In this document: piece after piece, positions 1 to 9,350 of the stretch
Layout: the number at the start of each line of letters is the position of its first letter
How positions within the stretch are numbered: position 1 is the stretch's first letter
Source: a virus
Lineage: Duplodnaviria; Caudoviricetes
Virus record (IMG/VR): IMGVR_UViG_3300047509_000125
Coordinates: 2,019 to 66,018 of that record
Reading direction: 5' to 3' (one strand)
Length of the DNA stretch: 64,000 nucleotides
Notes under the pieces: model-generated
What the model saw: only the letters and a program-made list of their open reading frames with translations
What the model was told of the DNA's origin: nothing
The model's database searches: none
Translations under genes and position numbers: made by a program

Positions 1-17
1 TGAGTGATATTCCTACC

Positions 18-350
18 TTGCCACAAGGCGACTTTAACATGCCACCGGGTGTCCGAGCATCAGATATTCCAGGGACTGAAATTGAGAAAGCAATTCGATC
101 ACCAGCTAGGGAAGCAGCTAACAGGAAACACGGTAAAACGCTGGGCAAGTATTGGTCTGGTGCCTCAATCCCGGCCAATACTGTTACTGAGCGCGAGATT
201 TACACAGAATCAGCCGCACAAGACGCGCGCAAGTATAAATGGGAAGGATGGACGTGGAAGGATTACCAATCCGCTATTGTCCGACAGAATCATCGCATAT
301 CGCAACTGGAAGCTGGTCAGACTGAGGCAGCTAAATCCAATAAACCATGA
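18..350 (+). CDS. Hypothetical phage protein
   Basis: ATG start; stop overlaps the next ORF (ATGA at 347-350). Confidence 0.55.
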   Translation: MPQGDFNMPPGVRASDIPGTEIEKAIRSPAREAANRKHGKTLGKYWSGASIPANTVTEREIYTESAAQDARKYKWEGWTWKDYQSAIVRQNHRISQLEAGQTEAAKSNKP

Positions 351-631
351 CGGCACTTCGATCACAATCTCACAACCTTGTCTACCTAATGAACACACTC
401 ACGCCTAATCAGATTGAAAAGCTGACAGCCGATAACAAGGCTGACATTGCCACGGCTAAGCACATCCTCGAAGCACTCAAGATCAGGATAGACAGCGAGG
501 CTAGTAAGCGCATCGGCGACACGCCTCAACAGCCGTGGTTTGATAAAGCCGTGGAGCGCATCGAATCCGAGGGACTACGCAAGCTGGAAACAATCGACAA
601 AGTGATTGCAATGCTGGAGGTGCTGCAATGA
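347..631 (+). CDS. Hypothetical phage protein
   Basis: Translationally coupled ORF, helical composition. Confidence 0.55.
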   Translation: MTALRSQSHNLVYLMNTLTPNQIEKLTADNKADIATAKHILEALKIRIDSEASKRIGDTPQQPWFDKAVERIESEGLRKLETIDKVIAMLEVLQ

Positions 632-785
632 TTCTCTACCAATGGGAATGTCCCGATTGCGAGAGCGTAACTAATGGCAGTGAACCGCCGTCAACGTGCA
701 CCTACTGCGGGCAAGGTAACATCGTTCGCAACCTAGAGGCTGAAGAAGCGGAAACAGACAACGAAGCAATGGCAGAATTAAGCGT

Positions 786-995
786 ATGAAAACTATCCTG
801 ATAGCTAAAGAAACATTCACTGAGGAGATACCGGCAAGCAAATTTCGTTTCGAGGATTGCTTTGGCCGTGACCTAGGCGAAGCCGTGACAATCCCGGCGC
901 GGACGGCCACAACCTACAAGGGCGAGAAGTTTACGGCTCGTAACAAAGCTGAACTGCAAAGCGCACTTGCCACCGGGAAATGGGAGCGCCGATGA
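786..995 (+). CDS. Hypothetical phage protein
   Basis: Part of a run of coupled small ORFs. Confidence 0.55.
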   Translation: MKTILIAKETFTEEIPASKFRFEDCFGRDLGEAVTIPARTATTYKGEKFTARNKAELQSALATGKWERR

Positions 996-1390
996 AGCCC
1001 GAACCTAAGATCATTGTCAGCCACAACCAATACAAAACATTCGCTTACATGAAAGAAAAACCTCTACCAGTAGGCTCCCAGCGATTGCCGTGCGGCTGTT
1101 ACCATACAGACAATAGCGCGGGGCCGATCTATTGGAACCAGTTTAACAAAGTCGTGCAATGCCACAAGTGCGGAGCTACCTACGGCACAATGCCAAGGCT
1201 CCCGGTTGATTGGAACGCTAAGCATCCTATCCGCTACCGCACATACCAGGATGCGATCTTAAACCGTAATCCTATTCACAAGGGAGATGGCGGCTATCGC
1301 AAGGCGCAATTCGAGCAGCGATTTATCCGAACTGACGGAGTGATAGTTGCACAGCTATTCTCTAAAAATCGAAATCCGAAACCATTATGA
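992..1390 (+). CDS. Hypothetical Zn-ribbon protein
   Basis: PCGC and CHKCG motifs; ATGA coupling at both ends. Confidence 0.55.
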   Translation: MKPEPKIIVSHNQYKTFAYMKEKPLPVGSQRLPCGCYHTDNSAGPIYWNQFNKVVQCHKCGATYGTMPRLPVDWNAKHPIRYRTYQDAILNRNPIHKGDGGYRKAQFEQRFIRTDGVIVAQLFSKNRNPKPL

Positions 1391-1704
1391 GCGATATAAC
1401 ATGCAAGATTCACGTCGGACACTTTTTCCCTAAGGGATACGACCCGCTGGCTGAACCTTACCGTTCGATCATCAACGCTTGTAACAATTACGAGCGATTG
1501 GCGGAGCAATGCGACTACCTAACGCAGCAGAATACGGAACTACGCGAGGAACGCGATTACGCCGATGGCTGGCAATGGGCCGAAAAGCTGGCCGACGTAA
1601 CCGAACTACTCATGATAAGTTGCTCAGATAAAGAATCGTGGGCGGAAGCAAATAGTACGCTGGGGTGGTACTACGCCGCCAAGAGACACGCTGAAACCCC
1701 ATGA
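1387..1704 (+). CDS. Hypothetical phage protein
   Basis: Coupled ORF with a coiled-coil segment. Confidence 0.55.
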   Translation: MSDITCKIHVGHFFPKGYDPLAEPYRSIINACNNYERLAEQCDYLTQQNTELREERDYADGWQWAEKLADVTELLMISCSDKESWAEANSTLGWYYAAKRHAETP

Positions 1705-1895
1705 GCCTGTTTCCCGCATTGCCGATAGCTGTCGGTCTAATTCTCATGTCTCTACTGGCATGGCTGCGTAAACCGGGCAAGGGCGGCAAGGTTGGTCGCG
1801 TAATTCGTCACTCTGATTGGCTGTCATGGCAAAACGCAGTTGAGGAGCGAGAGCGCCAGCTTGAGGAATTAAAACGAGCCGAACCAAGGATATGA
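1701..1895 (+). CDS. Small membrane protein
   Basis: N-terminal hydrophobic helix LPIAVGLILMSLLAWL. Confidence 0.55.
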   Translation: MSLFPALPIAVGLILMSLLAWLRKPGKGGKVGRVIRHSDWLSWQNAVEERERQLEELKRAEPRI

Positions 1896-2353
1896 GCGAG
1901 CACAATCCCAACTGTAAACCAAGCGATAAAGAATTGATCTGGCTATGCCATGAGTGCGGCGGGCACGAATCCGCCATTGCACTACTCGAAGCGAGCGAAG
2001 CATGGATTAAGCTATATGATCGAGGTACCTATAACGCTGAGGCCTACGATGCGCTAACAGCCGCCTTAGCTAAATCGCCTCTAGAAAAAGGATCTACCCG
2101 CGATTTACAAGATTTCATCCAGTTTCATCACAATCCCATTGTCGCACAACTGAACGAGGAAAAGAAACACCTAGCTAGCAAGCTCCTCAGGGTAGCCAAG
2201 GAACTGCGCGAAGCGTGCGCTGCCTGTTTCCGCGTGATTTGCGATCACGGCGCCATTGATGCGGTAGAAGCTGAATTAAAGCGTATCGGGATTAAAGACG
2301 GATTCGGGAAACGAGCACAAGACACAATCGCAGAGGTAGAAAATGGACTTTAA
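1892..2353 (+). CDS. Hypothetical phage protein
   Basis: Coupled ORF, CxxC motifs. Confidence 0.55.
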   Translation: MSEHNPNCKPSDKELIWLCHECGGHESAIALLEASEAWIKLYDRGTYNAEAYDALTAALAKSPLEKGSTRDLQDFIQFHHNPIVAQLNEEKKHLASKLLRVAKELREACAACFRVICDHGAIDAVEAELKRIGIKDGFGKRAQDTIAEVENGL

Positions 2354-2356
2354 ACA

Positions 2357-2629
2357 ATGAAAAATCTAACCGCTTCACAACTGAGCATATTCGCAGATTG
2401 GTACGATACGTTCGACCGAAAGGACGATCCTTTAGCGATGGCAAAAGAAGCGTTCAAATTCGGATTGCACATCGGCTCCAGGCGATGCGAAATAAACCAA
2501 GACTTGCTTACCGCGAGCGAAAATCTCTTATCCGAACAAAATAGATGGTACCCTGAAGCAGCTAAGGGTATGTACAGTATCGCGTTGAGAGACGCGATTG
2601 AGAAAGCCAAACGCACAAATGAACTTTAA
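2357..2629 (+). CDS. Hypothetical phage protein
   Basis: ATG 3 nt after the previous stop. Confidence 0.5.
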   Translation: MKNLTASQLSIFADWYDTFDRKDDPLAMAKEAFKFGLHIGSRRCEINQDLLTASENLLSEQNRWYPEAAKGMYSIALRDAIEKAKRTNEL

Positions 2630-2966
2630 TTACGACTGCAAGATTGAGGGATGCGGACGCGAATCGGTCAACGCTTCCGGTTACTGCAAAAAACACATTA
2701 AGGCTTGGCTGAAAGAACCTTTCCATACAGAGGAAACGCCATTACCTCGCTCGATCTGGTGCAAGGGAAAGAATAGACCTATCCCGAACGCTCTAGCCCT
2801 CCTTACCGATGCTGTAATTGACGAAGGCGAAGGATACTCCGCGCAAACCGTGATTGACCTCCGGGACAACCTAATCGCATCACGCCACGAAACCCAGGAA
2901 GTCGCAGCACTATGCGTCCGATTCTGTACCGCCTTGCGGGAACTAGGAATATGGAAGGACTTATGA
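2619..2966 (+). CDS. Hypothetical protein with N-terminal CxxxxC...GYCxxH Zn motif
   Basis: CKIEGCGR...GYCKKH. Confidence 0.55.
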   Translation: MNFNYDCKIEGCGRESVNASGYCKKHIKAWLKEPFHTEETPLPRSIWCKGKNRPIPNALALLTDAVIDEGEGYSAQTVIDLRDNLIASRHETQEVAALCVRFCTALRELGIWKDL

Positions 2967-3088
2967 TTTTAACCACCGTGCTTGTCCTGGCCGAGTCGAA
3001 TCCGGGGATGCGCGGACATCCTGGCGAAGTGCGAGAAGGACTGTCTGACGAAAGTCTGCAAAAGTTTCGCAGCGGTGGTTAAAACTTT

Positions 3089-3463
3089 ATGCATCCTGAA
3101 TGTCCACACTGCGGAAAGTGCCACAACGAATGGCACGGGTGCCCCACAAGCACGTATGACCCGAATCTTTACAGCGATTACACCCCCGAAATGGCTGATG
3201 CTGCTTCGCTCCTGATGGTGGAAGCTGCCAAGCGAGGATGGTCAAAGCATTGGGTGTTTAAGGGACTGACCCCGTACGAATCTTTTTCAGAGATGCTGGG
3301 GCCGAATCTAAACGAGCTATCCGAATGGCGAGCCGTAGCTAAAGACTACGATTGCAAGACGCCGGATGATCTACTCATGCTCCTCGAAAGAGCGTGGAGT
3401 GGGCTACCCGAATTTCGTGCCCTGCTAATGCGTTTTGAAGCAAGAGGAACAGTAGGTAAATGA
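3089..3463 (+). CDS. Hypothetical phage protein
   Basis: CPHCGKCH N-terminus; coupled to the next ORF. Confidence 0.5.
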   Translation: MHPECPHCGKCHNEWHGCPTSTYDPNLYSDYTPEMADAASLLMVEAAKRGWSKHWVFKGLTPYESFSEMLGPNLNELSEWRAVAKDYDCKTPDDLLMLLERAWSGLPEFRALLMRFEARGTVGK

Positions 3464-3678
3464 ACGACCTCCGTATAACCCTCCTGGAACGCTGGCCCAA
3501 TGAGATCATCCGCCACTCTGTCCCTACCCCGATCACAGAACGCGCCCTAGACGTGCTGTGGCTCGACCAAAGGCTGCTCAATTCTTTAACCCCAGGATAC
3601 ATTTTGAGATACCCAGAGCCACAAGGCCAATCCCCTCAGGATTACACAGACAACACGAAAGAACTAAACACATTATGA
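3460..3678 (+). CDS. Hypothetical phage protein
   Basis: ATGA coupling at both ends. Confidence 0.5.
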   Translation: MNDLRITLLERWPNEIIRHSVPTPITERALDVLWLDQRLLNSLTPGYILRYPEPQGQSPQDYTDNTKELNTL

Positions 3679-4169
3679 GAACAGCACTTATGGAAGCATT
3701 ACGGAAAACTGCAGATCAGATTGAGAAAGGCACCATTCGCTACAAATGGACTTCAACAATCCAGTGTAACTGCGGGACACTACTCCAAGTCATAACCGGA
3801 TATGATGACGAGGCACTCACTGAACCGCTTTATTCTTCGTACGATGCCCGCGATTATTACCCAATAGGCGATGTCCGCCATTCTCTCTACCATTGTTACA
3901 GTGCTCTTGCTGAAAAGTTAGGAGTCGAGATTACCCGCTGGGAACTAGTTGCATTAGAACAGTGCAATGATCCCGAAGTTTGCCGCCGAGTAAGGGGTTG
4001 GCGAATATGGAGGGTGATTCAGCGGAACAAACCTGCCAGCGTTATTCGCTACATGCGTACTTGGGCAGACATGCTTGAACGCGAAGGTCGTGACAACCTG
4101 ATGCCACGCACTCATTTCATGCAACCCGTTATAAAATGCCCTCAACCAATACCACAGACAACCCGCTAG
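3675..4169 (+). CDS. Hypothetical phage protein
   Basis: Start MRTALMEALR coupled to the upstream stop; CNCG motif. Confidence 0.55.
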   Translation: MRTALMEALRKTADQIEKGTIRYKWTSTIQCNCGTLLQVITGYDDEALTEPLYSSYDARDYYPIGDVRHSLYHCYSALAEKLGVEITRWELVALEQCNDPEVCRRVRGWRIWRVIQRNKPASVIRYMRTWADMLEREGRDNLMPRTHFMQPVIKCPQPIPQTTR

Positions 4170-4437
4170 GAGAACAGAAGTAAATGAAACAAAATCAATT
4201 AGTTGAATACCAAACCAATGACAAATCATAAATCGCAAACCCAAGGTTACGCTGATCTAATTCTCACCGGCACACAAGAACAACCCGACCACACAACCCA
4301 AACCCTGCGCTTAATCGTGGACCTTACCGGGGTAGTCGATAAAGCCCTGGACAGGGTTATTGAACTGGAACGGAAGGTGAAGAAGCTGGAGACGGTGGTG
4401 GATCGCATCAGGGAAATGGTGCCGAGCGTTGAATAGT

Positions 4438-4472
4438 TGTTGACAGTAAACAAACACGGTTGACAATATGAT
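4438..4472 (+). promoter_or_regulatory. Sigma70-like promoter with two TTGACA boxes that are also inverted copies of the iteron GTCAAC
   Basis: TTGACA at 4440-4445 and 4460-4465; GACAAT/TATGAT downstream. Confidence 0.55.
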
Positions 4473-4947
4473 GCGGATGCAGGGTTATACAAAGCTGTTT
4501 GGTTCCATTGTGGCCTCCACCATTTGGCGCGAACCAAACGAAACCCGAATCCTGTGGATCACCATGCTAGCACTGAAAAACAAGGATGGGATAGTTGAGG
4601 GTTCTGTCCCCGGGTTAGCTGACCTTGCCCGGCTTAGTATCGAGGATACCGAAAAGGCTCTGCATTCCCTGCGCTCACCTGACAAATATTCACGCACAAA
4701 GGAATTTGAAGGCCGTAGGATTCAGGACATTGAAGGCGGATGGTTGGTCCTAAACCATGAAAAGTGGCGCAAGAAGATGAGTGCAGACGAACGCCGGGAG
4801 TACCTCAAGATCAAACAGCGGGAACATCGCAACAGGGTACGTGAAACTGTCAACAGCCCTGTCAACACACGTATACACAAGTCAACAGAGTCAACACATA
4901 CAGATAAAGATGAATATAAATATCCAAACGAAGATATTGGCGGGTAG
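4468..4947 (+). CDS. Phage replication initiator-like protein (wHTH, replisome-organizer type)
   Basis: GYTKLFGSIVASTIW...LWITMLAL...SPDKYSR...GRRI...GW pattern typical of phage initiators; iterons in the 3' part. Confidence 0.65.
   Translation: MMRMQGYTKLFGSIVASTIWREPNETRILWITMLALKNKDGIVEGSVPGLADLARLSIEDTEKALHSLRSPDKYSRTKEFEGRRIQDIEGGWLVLNHEKWRKKMSADERREYLKIKQREHRNRVRETVNSPVNTRIHKSTESTHTDKDEYKYPNEDIGG
4848..4925. repeat. Putative iteron array / replication origin inside the initiator gene
   Basis: GTCAACA at 4849, 4861, 4881, 4890 (GTATACA variant at 4871), 9-12 bp spacing, followed by an AT-rich tract. Confidence 0.65.
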
Positions 4948-5146
4948 GTGTACCTTTCTGTACATCAATACCTCTGGTACATGGATACCCGACGCGTCAA
5001 CATCATGAACACAACCTACAAACAAGCCTGTTCTTCGCGCCAACCAAAACGCAAAAGAACCAAGGTAAAACCCTATGCCCTCAATGGTCCCGATGTTTTA
5101 ACCTGCCCCAACTGCGGGTGCAGGTTCGTAACTCGAATATTATACC

Positions 5147-5452
5147 ATGAACCTTAAACACCGCGACTGCTGCATCACCAAAACCTTCCTGATCCTGATT
5201 CTGCTGGTGGTTGCGCTTTACAATTTGAATGCCGTGCCTTTGCTGGCCGATCTTAACCGACCTGAATCGAGATCACTTCAACATCCTGTCGTGAGCGGCG
5301 AAGCGCGAGAGAGCATATCCTTACAAGACGAGCAGTGTGCCATGACAAGCACGACGCCCGACTCTCGCGGCGGCATTCAACTTTTCCAAACCGTGGAGAT
5401 TTACCCGCCTCCGCGCCCAACTCCAACCCCGACACCCAAAGTTGCAATATGA
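5147..5452 (+). CDS. Membrane-anchored or secreted protein with Pro-Thr tail
   Basis: Hydrophobic FLILILLVVAL; C-terminal PRPTPTPTP. Confidence 0.5.
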   Translation: MNLKHRDCCITKTFLILILLVVALYNLNAVPLLADLNRPESRSLQHPVVSGEARESISLQDEQCAMTSTTPDSRGGIQLFQTVEIYPPPRPTPTPTPKVAI

Positions 5453-5973
5453 CCGAAACAATTAACGGACTACTCACTCAACGCCCCGAACGCCCGCCTG
5501 AAGCGGGCCAAATCAAATGCTTTACCGTAGAAAACCGAGTCTCCGCAGCCGGTAAACCGTGGATCAAAGTAAAGAACGCCACCCCCGACAAAGGCGGAAG
5601 GGACTACCGGATACTCAACGTCCAACCAACGGACTTCACCGATGCCCACGGCAACGTGAGCTTCAACATCGAACTGGAGCAAGTAAACGGCCAACAGCTC
5701 CAACCCGCTACTTCTACCCTCCCAACCCATCAAAACCTCGTACAGGACCCCGTAGACGCTTGCAACAGGCATCTGTTCAGGGCTTGCCAAGCCATGATGT
5801 TGTGCTTGGACACGGCAAGCTCAATCGGGGAAATCTGGGAATCCAAACACAAACAGCAACTAACCCCCGACCAATTCCAAGCCATCACCTCCACCTTATT
5901 CATCAACCTAGATAAGTCCGGGCTTATTAACCAACTGCCCTCCGCGCCCATCGAGAAGGAGAAAGAGTTTTGA
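5449..5973 (+). CDS. Hypothetical protein, possibly ssDNA-binding/annealing partner of the exonuclease
   Basis: ATGA-coupled; lies upstream of the PD-(D/E)xK nuclease. Confidence 0.45.
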   Translation: MTETINGLLTQRPERPPEAGQIKCFTVENRVSAAGKPWIKVKNATPDKGGRDYRILNVQPTDFTDAHGNVSFNIELEQVNGQQLQPATSTLPTHQNLVQDPVDACNRHLFRACQAMMLCLDTASSIGEIWESKHKQQLTPDQFQAITSTLFINLDKSGLINQLPSAPIEKEKEF

Positions 5974-6157
5974 GCTGTGATCTTTATTTAACGCGGGCGA
6001 AACCTATGCGGATAGAGTTTGTTTGTTATGCCTGCGGGGAGCCAATCCACACTAATGTAGCAACCGGGAGGATTTACGGGCATGAAAACTGCGAACGGGA
6101 ACGAAACAAGAAATGGGTAATTCCCGCCAATATCGACGTTAGCAACCAAGAAGACCC

Positions 6158-6946
6158 ATGATTACAGCAACCATTGCATCGCAGTCAGGGCATTATTACG
6201 ATTCTGTAACCGGGGAACCTAGGTACGCGGTCATAGGCAAAAACGGCAACGAACGTCCAACCCGCATCACCGATGCCAAGGCGAACAAATGGTATCCCTC
6301 GGTTACACTGATCCTCAAACTGATAGATAAACCGGGCTTACGGCAATACTTCCGCAAACAGATGTACGACGCCGCCTTCACTACCCCTCGCACTCCCAAG
6401 ATGACTGATGAAGAACATTTCGAGGAATGTTGCCATTGGGCTGATGAACATGCCGAACTAGCCAGAAGCTCGGGGAAAGAACTTCACAAGGCAATCGAGG
6501 ATTACATCAGGGGTCAGAGGTCTTTGATTTGGTTCGAGCATATCACGAACATCGAGGCCAAGCTGTCTTCGCTGGGCATAGATTTAACCCAAGGCAACTC
6601 GGAACATTCATTCGCCTGCGACCTCGGGTATGGCGGTAAAACGGATTACGTGTGCAAAGATCCTGAAGTAATTCTCGACTTCAAAAACAAGAAGGTAATC
6701 GAGGAAAAGAAATTGAGCTACGATGAACACTTGATGCAACTGGCAGCCTACTCCCGTGGGCTCGGGATGCCGGACGCCCGCTGCCTGAACGTGTTCGTGG
6801 GCGTGGAAGATAAAAAGGTGGTTTGTCTGGAGTACGCCCAGGAAGATTTACAGAAGGCGTGGGGCATGTTCACTACTCTCTTGACTTTTTGGCAACTGAA
6901 GACCGGATACTTCCCAAATGAAAAAATCTCCACTCAAGCGAGTTAG
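6158..6946 (+). CDS. PD-(D/E)xK exonuclease (Cas4-like/phage exonuclease superfamily)
   Basis: YPSVT, GKELH, EHSF...GYGGKTD, ILDFK, QLAAY motifs. Confidence 0.85.
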   Translation: MITATIASQSGHYYDSVTGEPRYAVIGKNGNERPTRITDAKANKWYPSVTLILKLIDKPGLRQYFRKQMYDAAFTTPRTPKMTDEEHFEECCHWADEHAELARSSGKELHKAIEDYIRGQRSLIWFEHITNIEAKLSSLGIDLTQGNSEHSFACDLGYGGKTDYVCKDPEVILDFKNKKVIEEKKLSYDEHLMQLAAYSRGLGMPDARCLNVFVGVEDKKVVCLEYAQEDLQKAWGMFTTLLTFWQLKTGYFPNEKISTQAS

Positions 6947-7193
6947 CAAAAAGAAGGGTCAACAGGATCGTGCCTTCAGGATACTAAAACCCATCTACAT
7001 ACGGTCCCACCCGTACTGTGAAATGTTCGATGACTGCTTTAATGAAACTATTGACATCCATCACATGAAAGGGCAAGCCGGAGAACTGATGTGCGATGAG
7101 CGTTGGTTCAAAGCTACGTGCCGCCCTTGCCATGATTGGGTGGAAACTCACAAAAACAAAGCCCGCGCCATGGGTCTCATCCTCTACAAATGA
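6918..7193 (+). CDS. Small HNH-type Zn-binding nuclease
   Basis: PYCE...C...DIHH...CRPCHDWV. Confidence 0.7.
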   Translation: MKKSPLKRVSKKKGQQDRAFRILKPIYIRSHPYCEMFDDCFNETIDIHHMKGQAGELMCDERWFKATCRPCHDWVETHKNKARAMGLILYK

Positions 7194-7615
7194 CTGACCA
7201 AGAGCTAGAGCGGGTAGCCAGAGACCTTTGGATGCAATTAGCTCTCAGGCACTACGCCGTTGATCTGGATTACTCCTGTTCGCAATACGCCGAAGCGATC
7301 GGGCTCATCCTCTCCGCGTTAAAGCAGGTGCACAACTCGTTAGGGAAGCAGGAGAATTTGGTTGATTCCATTGCGGTTAAGCCACAGGGCCAGCAAAGCG
7401 AGGAGACTAAAGGCAACGCAACGGAGTTGAAGGGACTAACACGCGAGCAGTGGATTCGGAGCGTAGCTCACGAATTAGGCTTTGAGACCTGTACGGAGGA
7501 AGGTCAAAAGAACAGAATGGCCTACGCCGAGTCGTTAGCGCAATCCTACTACGACGACGATCCAACCGAATACACACCGCACCAAGCATTATTGGAGGAC
7601 GCTACCTATGCCTGA
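7190..7615 (+). CDS. Hypothetical modular phage protein
   Basis: ATGA-coupled; Q-rich linker between two segments. Confidence 0.5.
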   Translation: MTDQELERVARDLWMQLALRHYAVDLDYSCSQYAEAIGLILSALKQVHNSLGKQENLVDSIAVKPQGQQSEETKGNATELKGLTREQWIRSVAHELGFETCTEEGQKNRMAYAESLAQSYYDDDPTEYTPHQALLEDATYA

Positions 7616-7901
7616 TTCTGAGCAGGTACAGCCAAACAGGTGCAGGAAGTGGAAAGTTTGGGTTAATGATTATAATGACATCGCGTTGGAGCCTAGTGAC
7701 AGCGAGCATCGCAAGGAAATAGTCGTCACCGAGCTTTCCGCTGAACACCAAGCCGACGAGCGAGTAGGACTGGAACCTCACGAAGAATGGAATGAAGTAA
7801 AAAGACAAATGGTCGAACGCATTGGAGCGAACCAAGCCGACGAGCGAGTAGAAGTGATAACCAGAGGACCAGACAGAGTTCCAAGGTGGAAAAAGAAATA
7901 A
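7608..7901 (+). CDS. Modular hypothetical protein with two QADERV repeats; paralog of the ORF at 63655
   Basis: SD GGAGG upstream; shares 5' and 3' blocks with 63655->64000. Confidence 0.6.
   Translation: MPDSEQVQPNRCRKWKVWVNDYNDIALEPSDSEHRKEIVVTELSAEHQADERVGLEPHEEWNEVKRQMVERIGANQADERVEVITRGPDRVPRWKKK
7749..7875 (+). repeat. 127-bp direct repeat, copy 1 (copy 2 = 63874-64000); contains the 21-bp repeat ACCAAGCCGACGAGCGAGTAG at 7747-7767 and 7831-7851
   Basis: Direct sequence comparison. Confidence 0.95.
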
Positions 7902-8323
7902 TGAACTGGGAAATTTGGCTATCACTCTACCTCGCTTACAGCATTCTATTTGTCGTTTCGATGAGAAAGGGATTTTGAACCCCAAAATGTTACTGTTGAT
8001 CCTTTTATTGGCCTTTACGCTGGTTCCTTCGACAACTTTCGGTGAGGCACTGCTTGAATGGGCAACCTTCCTCGGGTTTTGTTGGTGTGTTGCACAGAAC
8101 CCACCCAAGGATGGGAGTAAACCTAAACAACAATCGGAATGAAATCGAGGCTAATTTGGCTGTTCTGGTTTTCGGTGTTTCTAATTACGCTCCCGCTGTG
8201 CTGGATAACCTTTGTCTCGGACCTAAATGCTTATGCCTTTGAACGAACATAATCTCAAGGGCCGTGTGGAGGTATTGCGAGCAATGACTGAAGCCAAAGG
8301 CGACGCCTTACCTAAATAAAAAT

Positions 8324-8518
8324 ATGGGCCGACAAATCTACGATCCGGTCACCGTGGCAACCGCAGCCGTTGAATATCAAGACCTAAAGCCCGGCAGCGG
8401 CCACCGCGTTACGTTGGCATCGGTGGCTAGGCACCACAGAATCAGTGTGGATTCGCTCTTCAATTTCCGCCGTTCGGGAAGCCCTAACAAGTTTGTGCCT
8501 AAAGGCAACACGCCATGA
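8324..8518 (+). CDS. Small HTH-like DNA-binding protein
   Basis: TLASVARHHRISVDSLFNFR resembles an HTH. Confidence 0.55.
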   Translation: MGRQIYDPVTVATAAVEYQDLKPGSGHRVTLASVARHHRISVDSLFNFRRSGSPNKFVPKGNTP

Positions 8519-8766
8519 ATAAGCTAAATCTTGATCTGGATGATGCCTTTGAAAATTTCATGCGGCAGGTTCATGGCGGTAAAGTAGCTGAGACTTCTGT
8601 GCAATGGAATGAATGCCGCCGAGTGTTTTTCTGTGGGGTTGAGCAGATGTTTTCATTTTCAATGCAACTAACCGCACTTCCCGACGACGAAGCAGAAGCA
8701 GGACTTGCGAATATCCAGCAACAACTGAGGGATTTCGCGCAGCGGCTAAAGGAGGACAAAGCGTAA
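8515..8766 (+). CDS. Hypothetical phage protein
   Basis: Coupled ORF; QWNECRRVFFCG. Confidence 0.6.
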   Translation: MNKLNLDLDDAFENFMRQVHGGKVAETSVQWNECRRVFFCGVEQMFSFSMQLTALPDDEAEAGLANIQQQLRDFAQRLKEDKA

Positions 8767-8952
8767 ATGGATACACGAACAGGAATGATACTACCGGAAG
8801 ATCACGTTCCCACAGGGCAACGACAGCACTTTGTAAAGGTTGAACGCGACTTGACGGCGAAGGAACGATGCGAGGCGCAGATTCGCCTTTACGCTCCATG
8901 TGGTTGCGGAAGCGAAAAGAAATTCAAGTTCTGCTGCTACAAACCAAAATGA
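8767..8952 (+). CDS. SEC-C motif Zn-binding protein
   Basis: PCGCGSEKKFKFCC matches SEC-C. Confidence 0.8.
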   Translation: MDTRTGMILPEDHVPTGQRQHFVKVERDLTAKERCEAQIRLYAPCGCGSEKKFKFCCYKPK

Positions 8953-9350
8953 GCGACTCTGACTCCTTGTGTGCGGGTGATAAGAAAGTGTTCTATTTCG
9001 GCTGCATGAATGTGCCTGGACACTATCTCTACGGGCAGGATGGTCATTCGGTTCCGCATTATCGCGCCAGCGCAATTCTTCCATTTAGATACGAAATACT
9101 CGACGGCGGATTGCTACCTCAAAATGGCCAGCAGGTTCAATCGGAGAAGCATCTGGCAATCATTAACGGTTGGACAATCGTAAGCATGTGGGATCGCACT
9201 GGTGACTCACGCGCAGGCTCTAATTCATCCTTCATCGCGGAGGGCATCCGAACACGCGAAGAAGTGCTGGACATAGCCAAACTGGTGTTTCCGAACATCG
9301 TGAATCGAATCTTCTACATAACGGGTAAAGACGTAAACGTTGGTAACTAA
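8949..9350 (+). CDS. Hypothetical phage protein
   Basis: ATGA-coupled; FYFGC...GH, WDRTGDSRAGSNSSF. Confidence 0.6.
   Translation: MSDSDSLCAGDKKVFYFGCMNVPGHYLYGQDGHSVPHYRASAILPFRYEILDGGLLPQNGQQVQSEKHLAIINGWTIVSMWDRTGDSRAGSNSSFIAEGIRTREEVLDIAKLVFPNIVNRIFYITGKDVNVGN

Noticed and set aside
7747-7851. Two 21-bp repeats with a 63-bp spacer as a mini-CRISPR array
   Set aside because: Only two repeats, non-palindromic, the spacer is too long and in frame within a coding sequence; no cas operon (the Cas4-like nucleases sit in recombination modules)
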